A stretch of DNA of 64,000 nt from Kiritimatiellia bacterium (GTDB lineage Bacteria; Verrucomicrobiota; Kiritimatiellia; CAIVKH01). The notes below the pieces were generated by a model. That model was not told where the DNA came from and did not search any database. It saw nothing but the letters and a program-made list of their open reading frames with translations. Numbering within the stretch: the stretch's first letter is position 1; each line of letters opens with the position of its first letter. Below, piece by piece: positions 62,932 to 64,000 of this stretch. The stretch is from positions 25,117 through 89,116 of the forward strand of contig JANWZO010000009.1 in the NCBI GenBank assembly GCA_025054615.1. Direction: 5' to 3'. The position numbers and the translations under genes are program-made.

Positions 62932-64000
62932 TGCGATGATTCAGAGTCCAAGCCAGCCAACGCAGTTTGGAAGGCGGCGATTGCTCGGTCGACCACCGCA
63001 TCCGTATGGGCGGTGGACAGGAAGCTGACTTCAAACGGCGATGGCGGTAGATAGACGCCAGCGTCGATCAAACGATGAAAAAGCCTTACGTAGAGGTTCT
63101 GATTCGTGGCCAGCACGTCGTCGAAATCGCGAGGCGTTCGGTCTGCGAAAAAGATCGAAAACACGCTCCCAAGGCAGGGTACCTGGACCTGGACGCCATT
63201 ACGCCGCGCGGCATCCCGGATCGCGCCCACGAGACGCTGCGTGCGGGCCTCGAGTTCCGCATACGGCGGCTGGCGCTGCAACTGCCGCAAAACCGCAAGC
63301 CCCGCTGCGACGGAGACGGGATTCCCGCTCAGCGTGCCGGCCTGGTAGACGTTTCCCAGCGGCGCAAGACATTCCATCACGTCCGCGCGGCCGCCGAGCG
63401 CCCCGACAGGCATGCCGCCACCGATGATTTTTCCGAGGCAGGTTAGGTCCGGACGGACGCCGCACAGGGATTGCCAGCCGCCGAAACAAAATCGGAATCC
63501 GCTGATCACTTCGTCGAAGACCAGCAGCGCGCCGCATTCGTCGCAAATTGACCGTAGCATTTCGAGAAACCCGGGTTCCGGCAGGATCAACCCGACGTTT
63601 GCGGCCACCGGCTCGACCATGATTGCAGCGAGGTCGTTCCCGAAGTCTGCGGCCAGACGCTGCACGTCTTCCACGTGGTTGTAACGCGCGACCAGCGTGT
63701 TGCCCGCGCACGAATCCGGCACACCGGCCGACGAGGCGGCGGCCACCCCAGCGACGCCGCTGCCGGCCTTTACTAAAAGGCAATCAGCATGACCGTGGTA
63801 GCACCCGCTGAATTTCATAATTTTCGTGCGTCCCGTGAATCCTCGGGCGACGCGTACAGCGGTCATGCACGCCTCTGTTCCTGAACTGACAAGGCGCACG
63901 CGTTCGATCGAGGGGAATGCGGACTTGATCAACTCGGCCATCTCAATCTCGGCTTCCGTCGTAACCGCGTAAGAGGTCCCGCGTTGGGCCGCCTCGGCGA
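62928..64000 (-). CDS. hemL: Glutamate-1-semialdehyde 2,1-aminomutase (N-terminus outside the window)
   Basis: VRLVSSGTEACMTAVRVARGFTGR, MKFSGCYHGHAD, LVFDEVISGFR and LGKIIGGGMPVGA (PLP Lys). The frame stays open upstream of the listed Met to the window edge (..RGTSYAVTTEAEIEMAELI). Confidence 0.9.
   Translation of the reverse strand, partial: AEAAQRGTSYAVTTEAEIEMAELIKSAFPSIERVRLVSSGTEACMTAVRVARGFTGRTKIMKFSGCYHGHADCLLVKAGSGVAGVAAASSAGVPDSCAGNTLVARYNHVEDVQRLAADFGNDLAAIMVEPVAANVGLILPEPGFLEMLRSICDECGALLVFDEVISGFRFCFGGWQSLCGVRPDLTCLGKIIGGGMPVGALGGRADVMECLAPLGNVYQAGTLSGNPVSVAAGLAVLRQLQRQPPYAELEARTQRLVGAIRDAARRNGVQVQVPCLGSVFSIFFADRTPRDFDDVLATNQNLYVRLFHRLIDAGVYLPPSPFEVSFLSTAHTDAVVDRAIAAFQTALAGLDSESSQ

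Noticed and set aside
1-64000. Looked for CRISPR-like regularly spaced repeats, transposase/integrase/recombinase genes, reverse transcriptases, toxin-antitoxin pairs, restriction-modification genes and known defence genes
   Set aside because: I recognised none in any of the six frames. The window reads as core chromosome, so the novelty candidates are unusual architectures and gene linkages rather than a mobile or defence island.

Overview
High-GC (about 60% or more in coding regions), densely packed bacterial chromosomal segment. I can support 56 protein-coding genes and one tRNA (tRNA-Ala-GGC). I recognised no rRNA, CRISPR array, transposase, integrase or phage genes. The gene content (DUF2723-like and TPR-tailed giant membrane proteins, secreted prenyltransferase-repeat protein, bacterial RRM protein, type-2 IleRS, divergent FtsZ) suggests a PVC-superphylum or Verrucomicrobiota-like organism, but that is only a guess.

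Recognisable blocks:
- glgC 3' end.
- A minus-strand nucleoside catabolism cluster: RpiB-DeoC fusion, deoB, deoA/pdp, PNP, cdd.
- PpiD-like chaperone, orphan receiver and cstA.
- A giant GT-C-like/TPR membrane protein followed by manA.
- ileS.
- A co-directional array: small membrane protein, corA, PIN-PhoH, degenerate EEP, intact EEP, SSF transporter, surE.
- A nucleotide-sugar dehydrogenase and an IscA-type protein.
- A LysM lipoprotein, two tail-anchored coiled-coil proteins and ogt joined to the distal dcw cluster (murG-murC-ddl-ftsQ-ftsA-ftsZ).
- miaB; a GltD-like oxidoreductase with an exported Bcp.
- An OlsF-like bifunctional acyltransferase, a GDPD phosphodiesterase and a DUF2400 protein.
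- tkt, a PHP phosphoesterase, rsmB, a double-NDK protein and aspC.
- A second membrane/TPR pair, then sucCD.
- A heme cluster (hemL, chlorite-dismutase-family hemQ, hemE, hemY) that indicates the coproporphyrin-dependent route.

Nothing here resembles a known defence or mobile system. The best candidates for something undescribed are:
1. The enzyme/pseudoenzyme pair of membrane-anchored EEP proteins, translationally coupled to a PIN-PhoH ATPase and an SSF transporter.
2. The LysM plus two tail-anchored coiled-coil genes packed directly onto ogt-murG...ftsZ.
3. Several unusual domain fusions: RpiB-DeoC, the double NDK and the tail-anchored receiver.
4. Two ORF-free, lower-GC spacers (4593-5068 and 28500-29178).

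All functional interpretations of these are inference from motifs read by eye. No database search was possible.
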